Below are positions 26,401 to 41,207 of a stretch of DNA of 64,000 nucleotides, in pieces. The translations under genes and the position numbers were made by a program. Source of the stretch: the human T2T-CHM13v2.0 reference genome, Homo sapiens. The stretch is from assembly GCF_009914755.1 (NCBI RefSeq), contig NC_060931.1. One strand, given 5' to 3'. The first letter of the stretch is position 1, and every line of letters begins with the position of its first letter. Below the pieces are notes generated by a model. It was not told where the DNA came from. It saw only the letters and a list, made by a program, of their open reading frames with translations, and searched no databases.

Positions 26401-29400
26401 CACACTGTTTGTAAAGTCTGCAAGTGGATACATGGACCTGTTTGAGGCCTTCGTTGGAAACGGGATTTCTTCATTGAATGCTAGACGGAAGAATTCTCAG
26501 TAAATTCTTTGTGTTGTGTGCATTCAACTCACAGAGTGGAACGTCCCTTTAGACAGAGCAGATTTGAAACACTCTTTTTGCGGAATTTGCAAGTGGAGAT
26601 TTCTAGCCATTTGATGCCAACAGTAGAAAGGGAAATATCTTCAAATAAAAACCAGACAGAATCATTCTCAGAAAATTCTTTGTGATGTGTGCGTTCAACT
26701 CACATAGTTTAACCTTTCTTTTCATAGAGCAGTTTGGAAACACTCTGTTTGTAAAGTCTGCAAGTGGATATATGGACCGCATTGAGGCCTTCGTTGGAAA
26801 CGGGATTTCTTCATTTCATGCTAGACAGAAGAATTCTCAGTAACTTCTTTGTGCTGTGTGTATTCAACTCACAGAGTGGAACGTCCCTTTGCACAGAGCA
26901 GATTTGAAACACTCTTTTTGTGGAGTTTGCAAGTGGAGATTTCAAGCGATTTGATGCCAACAGTAGAAAAGGAAATATCTTCAAATAAAAACTAGACAGA
27001 ATCATTCTCAGAAACTACTTTGTGATGTGTGCCTTCAACTCACAGAGTTTAACCTTTCTTTTCTTAGAGCAGTTTAGAAACACTCTGCTTGTTATGTCTG
27101 CAAGTGGATATTTGGACCTCTTTGAGGCCTTCGTTGCAAACGGGGTTTCTTCCTTTCATGCTAGACTAAGAAGAGTTCTCAGTAACTTTTTTGTGTTGTG
27201 TGTATTCAACTCACAGAGTTGAACCTTGCTTTAGAGAGAGCAGATTTGAAACACTCTTGCTGTGGCATTTTCAGGTGGAGATTTCAAGCGATTTGAGGAC
27301 AATTGCAGTAAAGGAAATATCTTCGTATAATAACCAGACAGAATCATTCTCAGAAAGTGCTTTGTGATGTGTGCGTTCAACTCACAGAGTTTAACCTTTC
27401 TTTTCATAGAGGAGTTTGGAAACACACTGTTTGTAAAGTCTGCAAGTGGATACATGGACCTGTTTGAGGCCTTCGTTGGAAACGGGATTTCTTCATTGAA
27501 TGCTAGACGGAAGAATTCTCAGTAAATTCTTTGTGTTGTGTGCATTCAACTCACAGAGTGGAACGTCCCTTTAGACACAGCAGATTTGAAACACTCTTTT
27601 TGCGGAATTTGCAAGTGGAGATTTCTAGCCATTTGATGCCAACAGTAGAAAGGGAAATATCTTCAAATAAAAACCAGACAGAATCATTCTCAGAAAATTC
27701 TTTGTGATGTGTGCGTTCAACTCACATAGTTTAACCTTTCTTTTCATAGAGCAGTTTGGAAACACTCTGTTTGTAAAGTCTGCAAGTGGATATATGGACC
27801 GCATTGAGGCCTTCGTTGGAAACGGGATTTCTTCATTTCATGCTAGACAGAAGAATTCTCAGTAACTTCTTTGTGCTGTGTGTATTCAACTCACAGAGTG
27901 GAACGTCCCTTTGCACAGAGCAGATTTGAAACACTCTTTTTGTGGAGTTTGCAAGTGGAGATTTCAAGCGATTTGATGCCAACAGTAGAAAAGGAAATAT
28001 CTTCAAATAAAAACTAGACAGAATCATTCTCAGAAACTACTTTGTGATGTGTGCCTTCAACTCACAGAGTTTAACCTTTCTTTTCTTAGAGCAGTTTAGA
28101 AACACTCTGCTTGTTATGTCTGCAAGTGGATATTTGGACCTCTTTGAGGCCTTCGTTGCAAACGGGGTTTCTTCCTTTCATGCTAGACTAAGAAGAGTTC
28201 TCAGTAACTTTTTTGTGTTGTGTGTATTCAACTCACAGAGTTGAACCTTGCTTTAGAGACAGCAGATTTGAAACACTCTTGCTGTGGCATTTTCAGGTGG
28301 AGATTTCAAGCGATTTGAGGACAATTGCAGAAAAGGAAATATCTTCGTATAATAACCAGACAGAATCATTCTCAGAAAGTGCTTTGTGATGTGTGCGTTC
28401 AACTCACAGAGTTTAACCTTTCTTTTCATAGAGGAGTTTGGAAACACACTGTTTGTAAAGTCTGCAAGTGGATATATGGACCTGTTTGAGGCCTTCGTTG
28501 GAAACGGGATTTCTTCATTGAATGCTAGACGGAAGAATTCTCAGTAAATTCTTTGTGTTGTGTGCATTCAACTCACAGAGTGGAACGTCCCTTTAGACAG
28601 AGCAGATTTGAAACACTCTTTTTGCGGAATTTGCAAGTGGAGATTTCTAGCCATTTGATGCCAACAGTAGAAAGGGAAATATCTTCAAATAAAAACCAGA
28701 CAGAATCATTCTCAGAAAATTCTTTGTGATGTGTGCGTTCAACTCACATAGTTTAACCTTTCTTTTCATAGAGCAGTTTGGAAACACTCTGTTTGTAAAG
28801 TCTGCAAGTGGATATATGGACCGCATTGAGGCCTTCGTTGGAAACGGGATTTCTTCATTTCATGCTAGACAGAAGAATTCTCAGTAACTTCTTTGTGCTG
28901 TGTGTATTCAACTCACAGAGTGGAACGTCCCTTTGCACAGAGCAGATTTGAAACACTCTTTTTGTGGAGTTTGCAAGTGGAGATTTCAAGCGATTTGATG
29001 CCAACAGTAGAAAAGGAAATATCTTCAAATAAAAACTAGACAGAATCATTCTCAGAAACTACTTTGTGATGTGTGCCTTCAACTCACAGAGTTCAACCTT
29101 TCTTTTCTTAGAGCAGTTTAGAAACACTCTGCTTGTTATGTCTGCAAGTGGATATTTGGACCTCTTTGAGGCCTTCGTTGCAAACGGGGTTTCTTCCTTT
29201 CATGCTAGACTAAGAAGAGTTCTCAGTAACTTTTTTGTGTTGTGTGTATTCAACTCACAGAGTTGAACCTTGCTTTAGAGAGAGCAGATTTGAAACACTC
29301 TTGCTGTGGCATTTTCAGGTGGAGATTTCAAGCGATTTGAGGACAATTGCAGAAAAGGAAATATCTTCGTATAATAACCAGACAGAATCATTCTCAGAAA

Positions 29401-32400
29401 GTGCTTTGTGATGTGTGCGTTCAACTCACAGAGTTTAACCTTTCTTTTCATAGAGGAGTTTGGAAACACACTGTTTGTAAAGTCTGCAAGTGGATACATG
29501 GACCTGTTTGAGGCCTTCGTTGGAAACGGGATTTCTTCATTGAATGCTAGACGGAAGAATTCTCAGTAAATTCTTTGTGTTGTGTGCATTCAACTCACAG
29601 AGTGGAACGTCCCTTTAGACACAGCAGATTTGAAACACTCTTTTTGCGGAATTTGCAAGTGGAGATTTCTAGCCATTTGATGCCAACAGTAGAAAGGGAA
29701 ATATCTTCAAATAAAAACCAGACAGAATCATTCTCAGAAAATTCTTTGTGATGTGTGCGTTCAACTCACATAGTTTAACCTTTCTTTTCATAGAGCAGTT
29801 TGGAAACACTCTGTTTGTAAAGTCTGCAAGTGGATATATGGACCGCATTGAGGCCTTCGTTGGAAACGGGATTTCTTCATTTCATGCTAGACAGAAGAAT
29901 TCTCAGTAACTTCTTTGTGCTGTGTGTATTCAACTCACAGAGTGGAACGTCCCTTTGCACAGAGCAGATTTGAAACACTCTTTTTGTGGAGTTTGCAAGT
30001 GGAGATTTCAAGCGATTTGATGCCAACAGTAGAAAAGGAAATATCTTCAAATAAAAACTAGACAGAATCATTCTCAGAAACTACTTTGTGATGTGTGCCT
30101 TCAACTCACAGAGTTTAACCTTTCTTTTCTTAGAGCAGTTTAGAAACACTCTGCTTGTTATGTCTGCAAGTGGATATTTGGACCTCTTTGAGGCCTTCGT
30201 TGCAAACGGGGTTTCTTCCTTTCATGCTAGACTAAGAAGAGTTCTCAGTAACTTTTTTGTGTTGTGTGTATTCAACTCACAGAGTTGAACCTTGCTTTAG
30301 AGACAGCAGATTTGAAACACTCTTGCTGTGGCATTTTCAGGTGGAGATTTCAAGCGATTTGAGGACAATTGCAGAAAAGGAAATATCTTCGTATAATAAC
30401 CAGACAGAATCATTCTCAGAAAGTGCTTTGTGATGTGTGCGTTCAACTCACAGAGTTTAACCTTTCTTTTCATAGAGGAGTTTGGAAACACACTGTTTGT
30501 AAAGTCTGCAAGTGGATATATGGACCTGTTTGAGGCCTTCGTTGGAAACGGGATTTCTTCATTGAATGCTAGACGGAAGAATTCTCAGTAAATTCTTTGT
30601 GTTGTGTGCATTCAACTCACAGAGTGGAACGTCCCTTTAGACAGAGCAGATTTGAAACACTCTTTTTGCGGAATTTGCAAGTGGAGATTTCTAGCCATTT
30701 GATGCCAACAGTAGAAAGGGAAATATCTTCAAATAAAAACCAGACAGAATCATTCTCAGAAAATTCTTTGTGATGTGTGCGTTCAACTCACATAGTTTAA
30801 CCTTTCTTTTCATAGAGCAGTTTGGAAACACTCTGTTTGTAAAGTCTGCAAGTGGATATATGGACCGCATTGAGGCCTTCGTTGGAAACGGGATTTCTTC
30901 ATTTCATGCTAGACAGAAGAATTCTCAGTAACTTCTTTGTGCTGTGTGTATTCAACTCACAGAGTGGAACGTCCCTTTGCACAGAGCAGATTTGAAACAC
31001 TCTTTTTGTGGAGTTTGCAAGTGGAGATTTCAAGCGATTTGATGCCAACAGTAGAAAAGGAAATATCTTCAAATAAAAACTAGACAGAATCATTCTCAGA
31101 AACTACTTTGTGATGTGTGCCTTCAACTCACAGAGTTTAACCTTTCTTTTCTTAGAGCAGTTTAGAAACACTCTGCTTGTTATGTCTGCAAGTGGATATT
31201 TGGACCTCTTTGAGGCCTTCGTTGCAAACGGGGTTTCTTCCTTTCATGCTAGACTAAGAAGAGTTCTCAGTAACTTTTTTGTGTTGTGTGTATTCAACTC
31301 ACAGAGTTGAACCTTGCTTTAGAGAGAGCAGATTTGAAACACTCTTGCTGTGGCATTTTCAGGTGGAGATTTCAAGCGATTTGAGGACAATTGCAGAAAA
31401 GGAAATATCTTCGTATAATAACCAGACAGAATCATTCTCAGAAAGTGCTTTGTGATGTGTGCGTTCAACTCACAGAGTTTAACCTTTCTTTTCATAGAGG
31501 AGTTTGGAAACACACTGTTTGTAAAGTCTGCAAGTGGATATATGGACCTGTTTGAGGCCTTCGTTGGAAACGGGATTTCTTCATTGAATGCTAGACGGAA
31601 GAATTCTCAGTAAATTCTTTGTGTTGTGTGCATTCAACTCACAGAGTGGAACGTCCCTTTAGACAGAGCAGATTTGAAACACTCTTTTTGCGGAATTTGC
31701 AAGTGGAGATTTCTAGCCATTTGATGCCAACAGTAGAAAGGGAAATATCTTCAAATAAAAACCAGACAGAATCATTCTCAGAAAATTCTTTGTGATGTGT
31801 GCGTTCAACTCACATAGTTTAACCTTTCTTTTCATAGAGCAGTTTGGAAACACTCTGTTTGTAAAGTCTGCAAGTGGATATATGGACCGCATTGAGGCCT
31901 TCGTTGGAAACGGGATTTCTTCATTTCATGCTAGACAGAAGAATTCTCAGTAACTTCTTTGTGCTGTGTGTATTCAACTCACAGAGTGGAACGTCCCTTT
32001 GCACAGAGCAGATTTGAAACACTCTTTTTGTGGAGTTTGCAAGTGGAGATTTCAAGCGATTTGATGCCAACAGTAGAAAAGGAAATATCTTCAAATAAAA
32101 ACTAGACAGAATCATTCTCAGAAACTACTTTGTGATGTGTGCCTTCAACTCACACAGTTCAACCTTTCTTTTCTTAGAGCAGTTTAGAAACACTCTGCTT
32201 GTTATGTCTGCAAGTGGATATTTGGACCTCTTTGAGGCCTTCGTTGCAAACGGGGTTTCTTCCTTTCATGCTAGACTAAGAAGAGTTCTCAGTAACTTTT
32301 TTGTGTTGTGTGTATTCAACTCACAGAGTTGAACCTTGCTTTAGAGAGAGCAGATTTGAAACACTCTTGCTGTGGCATTTTCAGGTGGAGATTTCAAGCG

Positions 32401-35400
32401 ATTTGAGGACAATTGCAGAAAAGGAAATATCTTCGTATAATAACCAGACAGAATCATTCTCAGAAAGTGCTTTGTGATGTGTGCGTTCAACTCACAGAGT
32501 TTAACCTTTCTTTTCATAGAGGAGTTTGGAAACACACTGTTTGTAAAGTCTGCAAGTGGATACATGGACCTGTTTGAGGCCTTCGTTGGAAACGGGATTT
32601 CTTCATTGAATGCTAGACGGAAGAATTCTCAGTAAATTCTTTGTGTTGTGTGCATTCAACTCACAGAGTGGAACGTCCCTTTAGACACAGCAGATTTGAA
32701 ACACTCTTTTTGCGGAATTTGCAAGTGGAGATTTCTAGCCATTTGATGCCAACAGTAGAAAGGGAAATATCTTCAAATAAAAACCAGACAGAATCATTCT
32801 CAGAAAATTCTTTGTGATGTGTGCGTTCAACTCACATAGTTTAACCTTTCTTTTCATAGAGCAGTTTGGAAACACTCTGTTTGTAAAGTCTGCAAGTGGA
32901 TATATGGACCGCATTGAGGCCTTCGTTGGAAACGGGATTTCTTCATTTCATGCTAGACAGAAGAATTCTCAGTAACTTCTTTGTGCTGTGTGTATTCAAC
33001 TCACAGAGTGGAACGTCCCTTTGCACAGAGCAGATTTGAAACACTCTTTTTGTGAAGTTTGCAAGTGGAGATTTCAAGCGATTTGATGCCAACAGTAGAA
33101 AAGGAAATATCTTCAAATAAAAACTAGACAGAATCATTCTCAGAAACTACTTTGTGATGTGTGCCTTCAACTCACAGAGTTTAACCTTTCTTTTCTTAGA
33201 GCAGTTTAGAAACACTCTGCTTGTTATGTCTGCAAGTGGATATTTGGACCTCTTTGAGGCCTTCGTTGCAAACGGGGTTTCTTCCTTTCATGCTAGACTA
33301 AGAAGAGTTCTCAGTAACTTTTTTGTGTTGTGTGTATTCAACTCACAGAGTTGAACCTTGCTTTAGAGACAGCAGATTTGAAACACTCTTGCTGTGGCAT
33401 TTTCAGGTGGAGATTTCAAGCGATTTGAGGACAATTGCAGAAAAGGAAATATCTTCGTATAATAACCAGACAGAATCATTCTCAGAAAGTGCTTTGTGAT
33501 GTGTGCGTTCAACTCACAGAGTTTAACCTTTCTTTTCATAGAGGAGTTTGGAAACACACTGTTTGTAAAGTCTGCAAGTGGATATATGGACCTGTTTGAG
33601 GCCTTCGTTGGAAACGGGATTTCTTCATTGAATGCTAGACGGAAGAATTCTCAGTAAATTCTTTGTGTTGTGTGCATTCAACTCACAGAGTGGAACGTCC
33701 CTTTAGACAGAGCAGATTTGAAACACTCTTTTTGCGGAATTTGCAAGTGGAGATTTCTAGCCATTTGATGCCAACAGTAGAAAGGGAAATATCTTCAAAT
33801 AAAAACCAGACAGAATCATTCTCAGAAAATTCTTTGTGATGTGTGCGTTCAACTCACATAGTTTAACCTTTCTTTTCATAGAGCAGTTTGGAAACACTCT
33901 GTTTGTAAAGTCTGCAAGTGGATATATGGACCGCATTGAGGCCTTCGTTGGAAACGGGATTTCTTCATTTCATGCTAGACAGAAGAATTCTCAGTAACTT
34001 CTTTGTGCTGTGTGTATTCAACTCACAGAGTGGAACGTCCCTTTGCACAGAGCAGATTTGAAACACTCTTTTTGTGGAGTTTGCAAGTGGAGATTTCAAG
34101 CGATTTGATGCCAACAGTAGAAAAGGAAATATCTTCAAATAAAAACTAGACAGAATCATTCTCAGAAACTACTTTGTGATGTGTGCCTTCAACTCACAGA
34201 GTTCAACCTTTCTTTTCTTAGAGCAGTTTAGAAACACTCTGCTTGTTATGTCTGCAAGTGGATATTTGGACCTCTTTGAGGCCTTCGTTGCAAACGGGGT
34301 TTCTTCCTTTCATGCTAGACTAAGAAGAGTTCTCAGTAACTTTTTTGTGTTGTGTGTATTCAACTCACAGAGTTGAACCTTGCTTTAGAGAGAGCAGATT
34401 TGAAACACTCTTGCTGTGGCATTTTCAGGTGGAGATTTCAAGCGATTTGAGGACAATTGCAGAAAAGGAAATATCTTCGTATAATAACCAGACAGAATCA
34501 TTCTCAGAAAGTGCTTTGTGATGTGTGCGTTCAACTCACAGAGTTTAACCTTTCTTTTCATAGAGGAGTTTGGAAACACACTGTTTGTAAAGTCTGCAAG
34601 TGGATACATGGACCTGTTTGAGGCCTTCGTTGGAAACGGGATTTCTTCATTGAATGCTAGACGGAAGAATTCTCAGTAAATTCTTTGTGTTGTGTGCATT
34701 CAACTCACAGAGTGGAACGTCCCTTTAGACACAGCAGATTTGAAACACTCTTTTTGCGGAATTTGCAAGTGGAGATTTCTAGCCATTTGATGCCAACAGT
34801 AGAAAGGGAAATATCTTCAAATAAAAACCAGACAGAATCATTCTCAGAAAATTCTTTGTGATGTGTGCGTTCAACTCACATAGTTTAACCTTTCTTTTCA
34901 TAGAGCAGTTTGGAAACACTCTGTTTGTAAAGTCTGCAAGTGGATATATGGACCGCATTGAGGCCTTCGTTGGAAACGGGATTTCTTCATTTCATGCTAG
35001 ACAGAAGAATTCTCAGTAACTTCTTTGTGCTGTGTGTATTCAACTCACAGAGTGGAACGTCCCTTTGCACAGAGCAGATTTGAAACACTCTTTTTGTGGA
35101 GTTTGCAAGTGGAGATTTCAAGCGATTTGATGCCAACAGTAGAAAAGGAAATATCTTCAAATAAAAACTAGACAGAATCATTCTCAGAAACTACTTTGTG
35201 ATGTGTGCCTTCAACTCACAGAGTTTAACCTTTCTTTTCTTAGAGCAGTTTAGAAACACTCTGCTTGTTATGTCTGCAAGTGGATATTTGGACCTCTTTG
35301 AGGCCTTCGTTGCAAACGGGGTTTCTTCCTTTCATGCTAGACTAAGAAGAGTTCTCAGTAACTTTTTTGTGTTGTGTGTATTCAACTCACAGAGTTGAAC

Positions 35401-38165
35401 CTTGCTTTAGAGACAGCAGATTTGAAACACTCTTGCTGTGGCATTTTCAGGTGGAGATTTCAAGCGATTTGAGGACAATTGCAGAAAAGGAAATATCTTC
35501 GTATAATAACCAGACAGAATCATTCTCAGAAAGTGCTTTGTGATGTGTGCGTTCAACTCACAGAGTTTAACCTTTCTTTTCATAGAGGAGTTTGGAAACA
35601 CACTGTTTGTAAAGTCTGCAAGTGGATATATGGACCTGTTTGAGGCCTTCGTTGGAAACGGGATTTCTTCATTGAATGCTAGACGGAAGAATTCTCAGTA
35701 AATTCTTTGTGTTGTGTGCATTCAACTCACAGAGTGGAACGTCCCTTTAGACAGAGCAGATTTGAAACACTCTTTTTGCGGAATTTGCAAGTGGAGATTT
35801 CTAGCCATTTGATGCCAACAGTAGAAAGGGAAATATCTTCAAATAAAAACCAGACAGAATCATTCTCAGAAAATTCTTTGTGATGTGTGCGTTCAACTCA
35901 CATAGTTTAACCTTTCTTTTCATAGAGCAGTTTGGAAACACTCTGTTTGTAAAGTCTGCAAGTGGATATATGGACCGCATTGAGGCCTTCGTTGGAAACG
36001 GGATTTCTTCATTTCATGCTAGACAGAAGAATTCTCAGTAACTTCTTTGTGCTGTGTGTATTCAACTCACAGAGTGGAACGTCCCTTTGCACAGAGCAGA
36101 TTTGAAACACTCTTTTTGTGGAGTTTGCAAGTGGAGATTTCAAGCGATTTGATGCCAACAGTAGAAAAGGAAATATCTTCAAATAAAAACTAGACAGAAT
36201 CATTCTCAGAAACTACTTTGTGATGTGTGCCTTCAACTCACAGAGTTTAACCTTTCTTTTCTTAGAGCAGTTTAGAAACACTCTGCTTGTTATGTCTGCA
36301 AGTGGATATTTGGACCTCTTTGAGGCCTTCGTTGCAAACGGGGTTTCTTCCTTTCATGCTAGACTAAGAAGAGTTCTCAGTAACTTTTTTGTGTTGTGTG
36401 TATTCAACTCACAGAGTTGAACCTTGCTTTAGAGAGAGCAGATTTGAAACACTCTTGCTGTGGCATTTTCAGGTGGAGATTTCAAGCGATTTGAGGACAA
36501 TTGCAGAAAAGGAAATATCTTCGTATAATAACCAGACAGAATCATTCTCAGAAAGTGCTTTGTGATGTGTGCGTTCAACTCACAGAGTTTAACCTTTCTT
36601 TTCATAGAGGAGTTTGGAAACACACTGTTTGTAAAGTCTGCAAGTGGATATATGGACCTGTTTGAGGCCTTCGTTGGAAACGGGATTTCTTCATTGAATG
36701 CTAGACGGAAGAATTCTCAGTAAATTCTTTGTGTTGTGTGCATTCAACTCACAGAGTGGAACGTCCCTTTAGACAGAGCAGATTTGAAACACTCTTTTTG
36801 CGGAATTTGCAAGTGGAGATTTCTAGCCATTTGATGCCAACAGTAGAAAGGGAAATATCTTCAAATAAAAACCAGACAGAATCATTCTCAGAAAATTCTT
36901 TGTGATGTGTGCGTTCAACTCACATAGTTTAACCTTTCTTTTCATAGAGCAGTTTGGAAACACTCTGTTTGTAAAGTCTGCAAGTGGATATATGGACCGC
37001 ATTGAGGCCTTCGTTGGAAACGGGATTTCTTCATTTCATGCTAGACAGAAGAATTCTCAGTAACTTCTTTGTGCTGTGTGTATTCAACTCACAGAGTGGA
37101 ACGTCCCTTTGCACAGAGCAGATTTGAAACACTCTTTTTGTGGAGTTTGCAAGTGGAGATTTCAAGCGATTTGATGCCAACAGTAGAAAAGGAAATATCT
37201 TCAAATAAAAACTAGACAGAATCATTCTCAGAAACTACTTTGTGATGTGTGCCTTCAACTCACACAGTTCAACCTTTCTTTTCTTAGAGCAGTTTAGAAA
37301 CACTCTGCTTGTTATGTCTGCAAGTGGATATTTGGACCTCTTTGAGGCCTTCGTTGCAAACGGGGTTTCTTCCTTTCATGCTAGACTAAGAAGAGTTCTC
37401 AGTAACTTTTTTGTGTTGTGTGTATTCAACTCACAGAGTTGAACCTTGCTTTAGAGAGAGCAGATTTGAAACACTCTTGCTGTGGCATTTTCAGGTGGAG
37501 ATTTCAAGCGATTTGAGGACAATTGCAGAAAAGGAAATATCTTCGTATAATAACCAGACAGAATCATTCTCAGAAAGTGCTTTGTGATGTGTGCGTTCAA
37601 CTCACAGAGTTTAACCTTTCTTTTCATAGAGGAGTTTGGAAACACACTGTTTGTAAAGTCTGCAAGTGGATACATGGACCTGTTTGAGGCCTTCGTTGGA
37701 AACGGGATTTCTTCATTGAATGCTAGACGGAAGAATTCTCAGTAAATTCTTTGTGTTGTGTGCATTCAACTCACAGAGTGGAACGTCCCTTTAGACACAG
37801 CAGATTTGAAACACTCTTTTTGCGGAATTTGCAAGTGGAGATTTCTAGCCATTTGATGCCAACAGTAGAAAGGGAAATATCTTCAAATAAAAACCAGACA
37901 GAATCATTCTCAGAAAATTCTTTGTGATGTGTGCGTTCAACTCACATAGTTTAACCTTTCTTTTCATAGAGCAGTTTGGAAACACTCTGTTTGTAAAGTC
38001 TGCAAGTGGATATATGGACCGCATTGAGGCCTTCGTTGGAAACGGGATTTCTTCATTTCATGCTAGACAGAAGAATTCTCAGTAACTTCTTTGTGCTGTG
38101 TGTATTCAACTCACAGAGTGGAACGTCCCTTTGCACAGAGCAGATTTGAAACACTCTTTTTGTGA
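20424..38165 (+). repeat. 5-HOR (5110-bp) super-repeat domain 1
   Basis: Variant series at exactly 5110-bp spacing: 22468/27578/32688/37798; 24512/29622/34732; 20424/25534; 20760/25870; 22199/27309; 28260/33370; 30304/35414; 32155/37265; 33055/38165. Confidence 0.88.
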
Positions 38166-41100
38166 AGTTTGCAAGTGGAGATTTCAAGCGATTTGATGCC
38201 AACAGTAGAAAAGGAAATATCTTCAAATAAAAACTAGACAGAATCATTCTCAGAAACTACTTTGTGATGTGTGCCTTCAACTCACAGAGTTTAACCTTTC
38301 TTTTCTTAGAGCAGTTTAGAAACACTCTGCTTGTTATGTCTGCAAGTGGATATTTGGACCTCTTTGAGGTCTTCGTTGCAAACGGGGTTTCTTCCTTTCA
38401 TGCTAGACTAAGAAGAGTTCTCAGTAACTTTTTTGTGTTGTGTGTATTCAACTCACAGAGTTGAACCTTGCTTTAGAGAGAGCAGATTTGAAACACTCTT
38501 GCTGTGGCATTTTCAGGTGGAGATTTCAAGCGATTTGAGGACAATTGCAGAAAAGGAAATATCTTCGTATAATAACCAGACAGAATCATTCTCAGAAAGT
38601 GCTTTGTGATGTGTGCGTTCAACTCACAGAGTTTAACCTTTCTTTTCATAGAGGAGTTTGGAAACACACTGTTTGTAAAGTCTGCAAGTGGATATATGGA
38701 CCTGTTTGAGGCCTTCGTTGGAAACGGGATTTCTTCATTGAATGCTAGACGGAAGAATTCTCAGTAAATTCTTTGTGTTGTGTGCATTCAACTCACAGAG
38801 TGGAACGTCCCTTTAGACAGAGCAGATTTGAAACACTCTTTTTGCGGAATTTGCAAGTGGAGATTTCTAGCCATTTGATGCCAAAAGTAGAAAGGGAAAT
38901 ATCTTCAAATAAAAACCAGACAGAATCATTCTCAGAAAATTCTTTGTGATGTGTGCGTTCAACTCACATAGTTTAACCTTTCTTTTCATAGAGCAGTTTG
39001 GAAACACTCTGTTTGTAAAGTCTGCAAGTGGATATATGGACCGCATTGAGGCCTTCGTTGGAAACGGGATTTCTTCATTTCATGCTAGACAGAAGAATTC
39101 TCAGTAACTTCTTTGTGCTGTGTGTATTCAACTCACAGAGTGGAACGTCCCTTTGCACAGAGCGGATTTGAAACACTCTTTTTGTGGAGTTTGCAAGTGG
39201 AGATTTCAAGCGATTTGATGCCAACAGTAGAAAAGGAAATATCTTCAAATAAAAACTAGACAGAATCATTCTCAGAAACTACTTTGTGATGTGTGCCTTC
39301 AACTCACAGAGTTCAACCTTTCTTTTCTTAGAGCAGTTTAGAAACACTCTGCTTGTTATGTCTGCAAGTGGATATTTGGACCTCTTTGAGGCCTTCGTTG
39401 CAAACGGGGTTTCTTCCTTTCATGCTAGACTAAGAAGAGTTCTCAGTAACTTTTTTGTGTTGTGTGTATTCAACTCACAGAGTTGAACCTTGCTTTAGAG
39501 AGAGCAGATTTGAAACACTCTTGCTGTGGCATTTTCAGGTGGAGATTTCAAGCGATTTGAGGACAATTGCAGAAAAGGAAATATCTTCGTATAATAACCA
39601 GACAGAATCATTCTCAGAAAGTGCTTTGTGATGTGTGCGTTCAACTCACAGAGTTTAACCTTTCTTTTCATAGAGGAGTTTGGAAACACACTGTTTGTAA
39701 AGTCTGCAAGTGGATACATGGACCTGTTTGAGGCCTTCGTTGGAAACGGGATTTCTTCATTGAATGCTAGACGGAAGAATTCTCAGTAAATTCTTTGTGT
39801 TGTGTGCATTCAACTCACAGAGTGGAACGTCCCTTTAGACAGAGCAGATTTGAAACACTCTTTTTGCGGAATTTGCAAGTGGAGATTTCTAGCCATTTGA
39901 TGCCAACAGTAGAAAGGGAAATATCTTCAAATAAAAACCAGACAGAATCATTCTCAGAAAATTCTTTGTGATGTGTGCGTTCAACTCACATAGTTTAACC
40001 TTTCTTTTCATAGAGCAGTTTGGAAACACTCTGTTTGTAAAGTCTGCAAGTGGATATATGGACCGCATTGAGGCCTTCGTTGGAAACGGGATTTCTTCAT
40101 TTCATGCTAGACAGAAGAATTCTCAGTAACTTCTTTGTGCTGTGTGTATTCAACTCACAGAGTGGAACGTCCCTTTGCACAGAGCAGATTTGAAACACTC
40201 TTTTTGTGGAGTTTGCAAGTGGAGATTTCAAGCGATTTGATGCCAACAGTAGAAAAGGAAATATCTTCAAATAAAAACTAGACAGAATCATTCTCAGAAA
40301 CTACTTTGTGATGTGTGCCTTCAACTCACACAGTTCAACCTTTCTTTTCTTAGAGCAGTTTAGAAACACTCTGCTTGTTATGTCTGCAAGTGGATATTTG
40401 GACCTCTTTGAGGCCTTCGTTGCAAACGGGGTTTCTTCCTTTCATGCTAGACTAAGAAGAGTTCTCAGTAACTTTTTTGTGTTGTGTGTATTCAACTCAC
40501 AGAGTTGAACCTTGCTTTAGAGAGAGCAGATTTGAAACACTCTTGCTGTGGCATTTTCAGGTGGAGATTTCAAGCGATTTGAGGACAATTGCAGAAAAGG
40601 AAATATCTTCGTATAATAACCAGACAGAATCATTCTCAGAAAGTGCTTTGTGATGTGTGCGTTCAACTCACAGAGTTTAACCTTTCTTTTCATAGAGGAG
40701 TTTGGAAACACACTGTTTGTAAAGTCTGCAAGTGGATACATGGACCTGTTTGAGGCCTTCGTTGGAAACGGGATTTCTTCATTGAATGCTAGACGGAAGA
40801 ATTCTCAGTAAATTCTTTGTGTTGTGTGCATTCAACTCACAGAGTGGAACGTCCCTTTAGACAGAGCAGATTTGAAACACTCTTTTTGCGGAATTTGCAA
40901 GTGGAGATTTCTAGCCATTTGATGCCAACAGTAGAAAGGGAAATATCTTCAAATAAAAACCAGACAGAATCATTCTCAGAAAATTCTTTGTGATGTGTGC
41001 GTTCAACTCACATAGTTTAACCTTTCTTTTCATAGAGCAGTTTGGAAACACTCTGTTTGTAAAGTCTGCAAGTGGATATATGGACCGCATTGAGGCCTTC

Positions 41101-41207
41101 GTTGGAAACGGGATTTCTTCATTTCATGCTAGACAGAAGAATTCTCAGTAACTTCTTTGTGCTGTGTGTATTCAACTCACAGAGTGGAACGTCCCTTTGC
41201 ACAGAGC

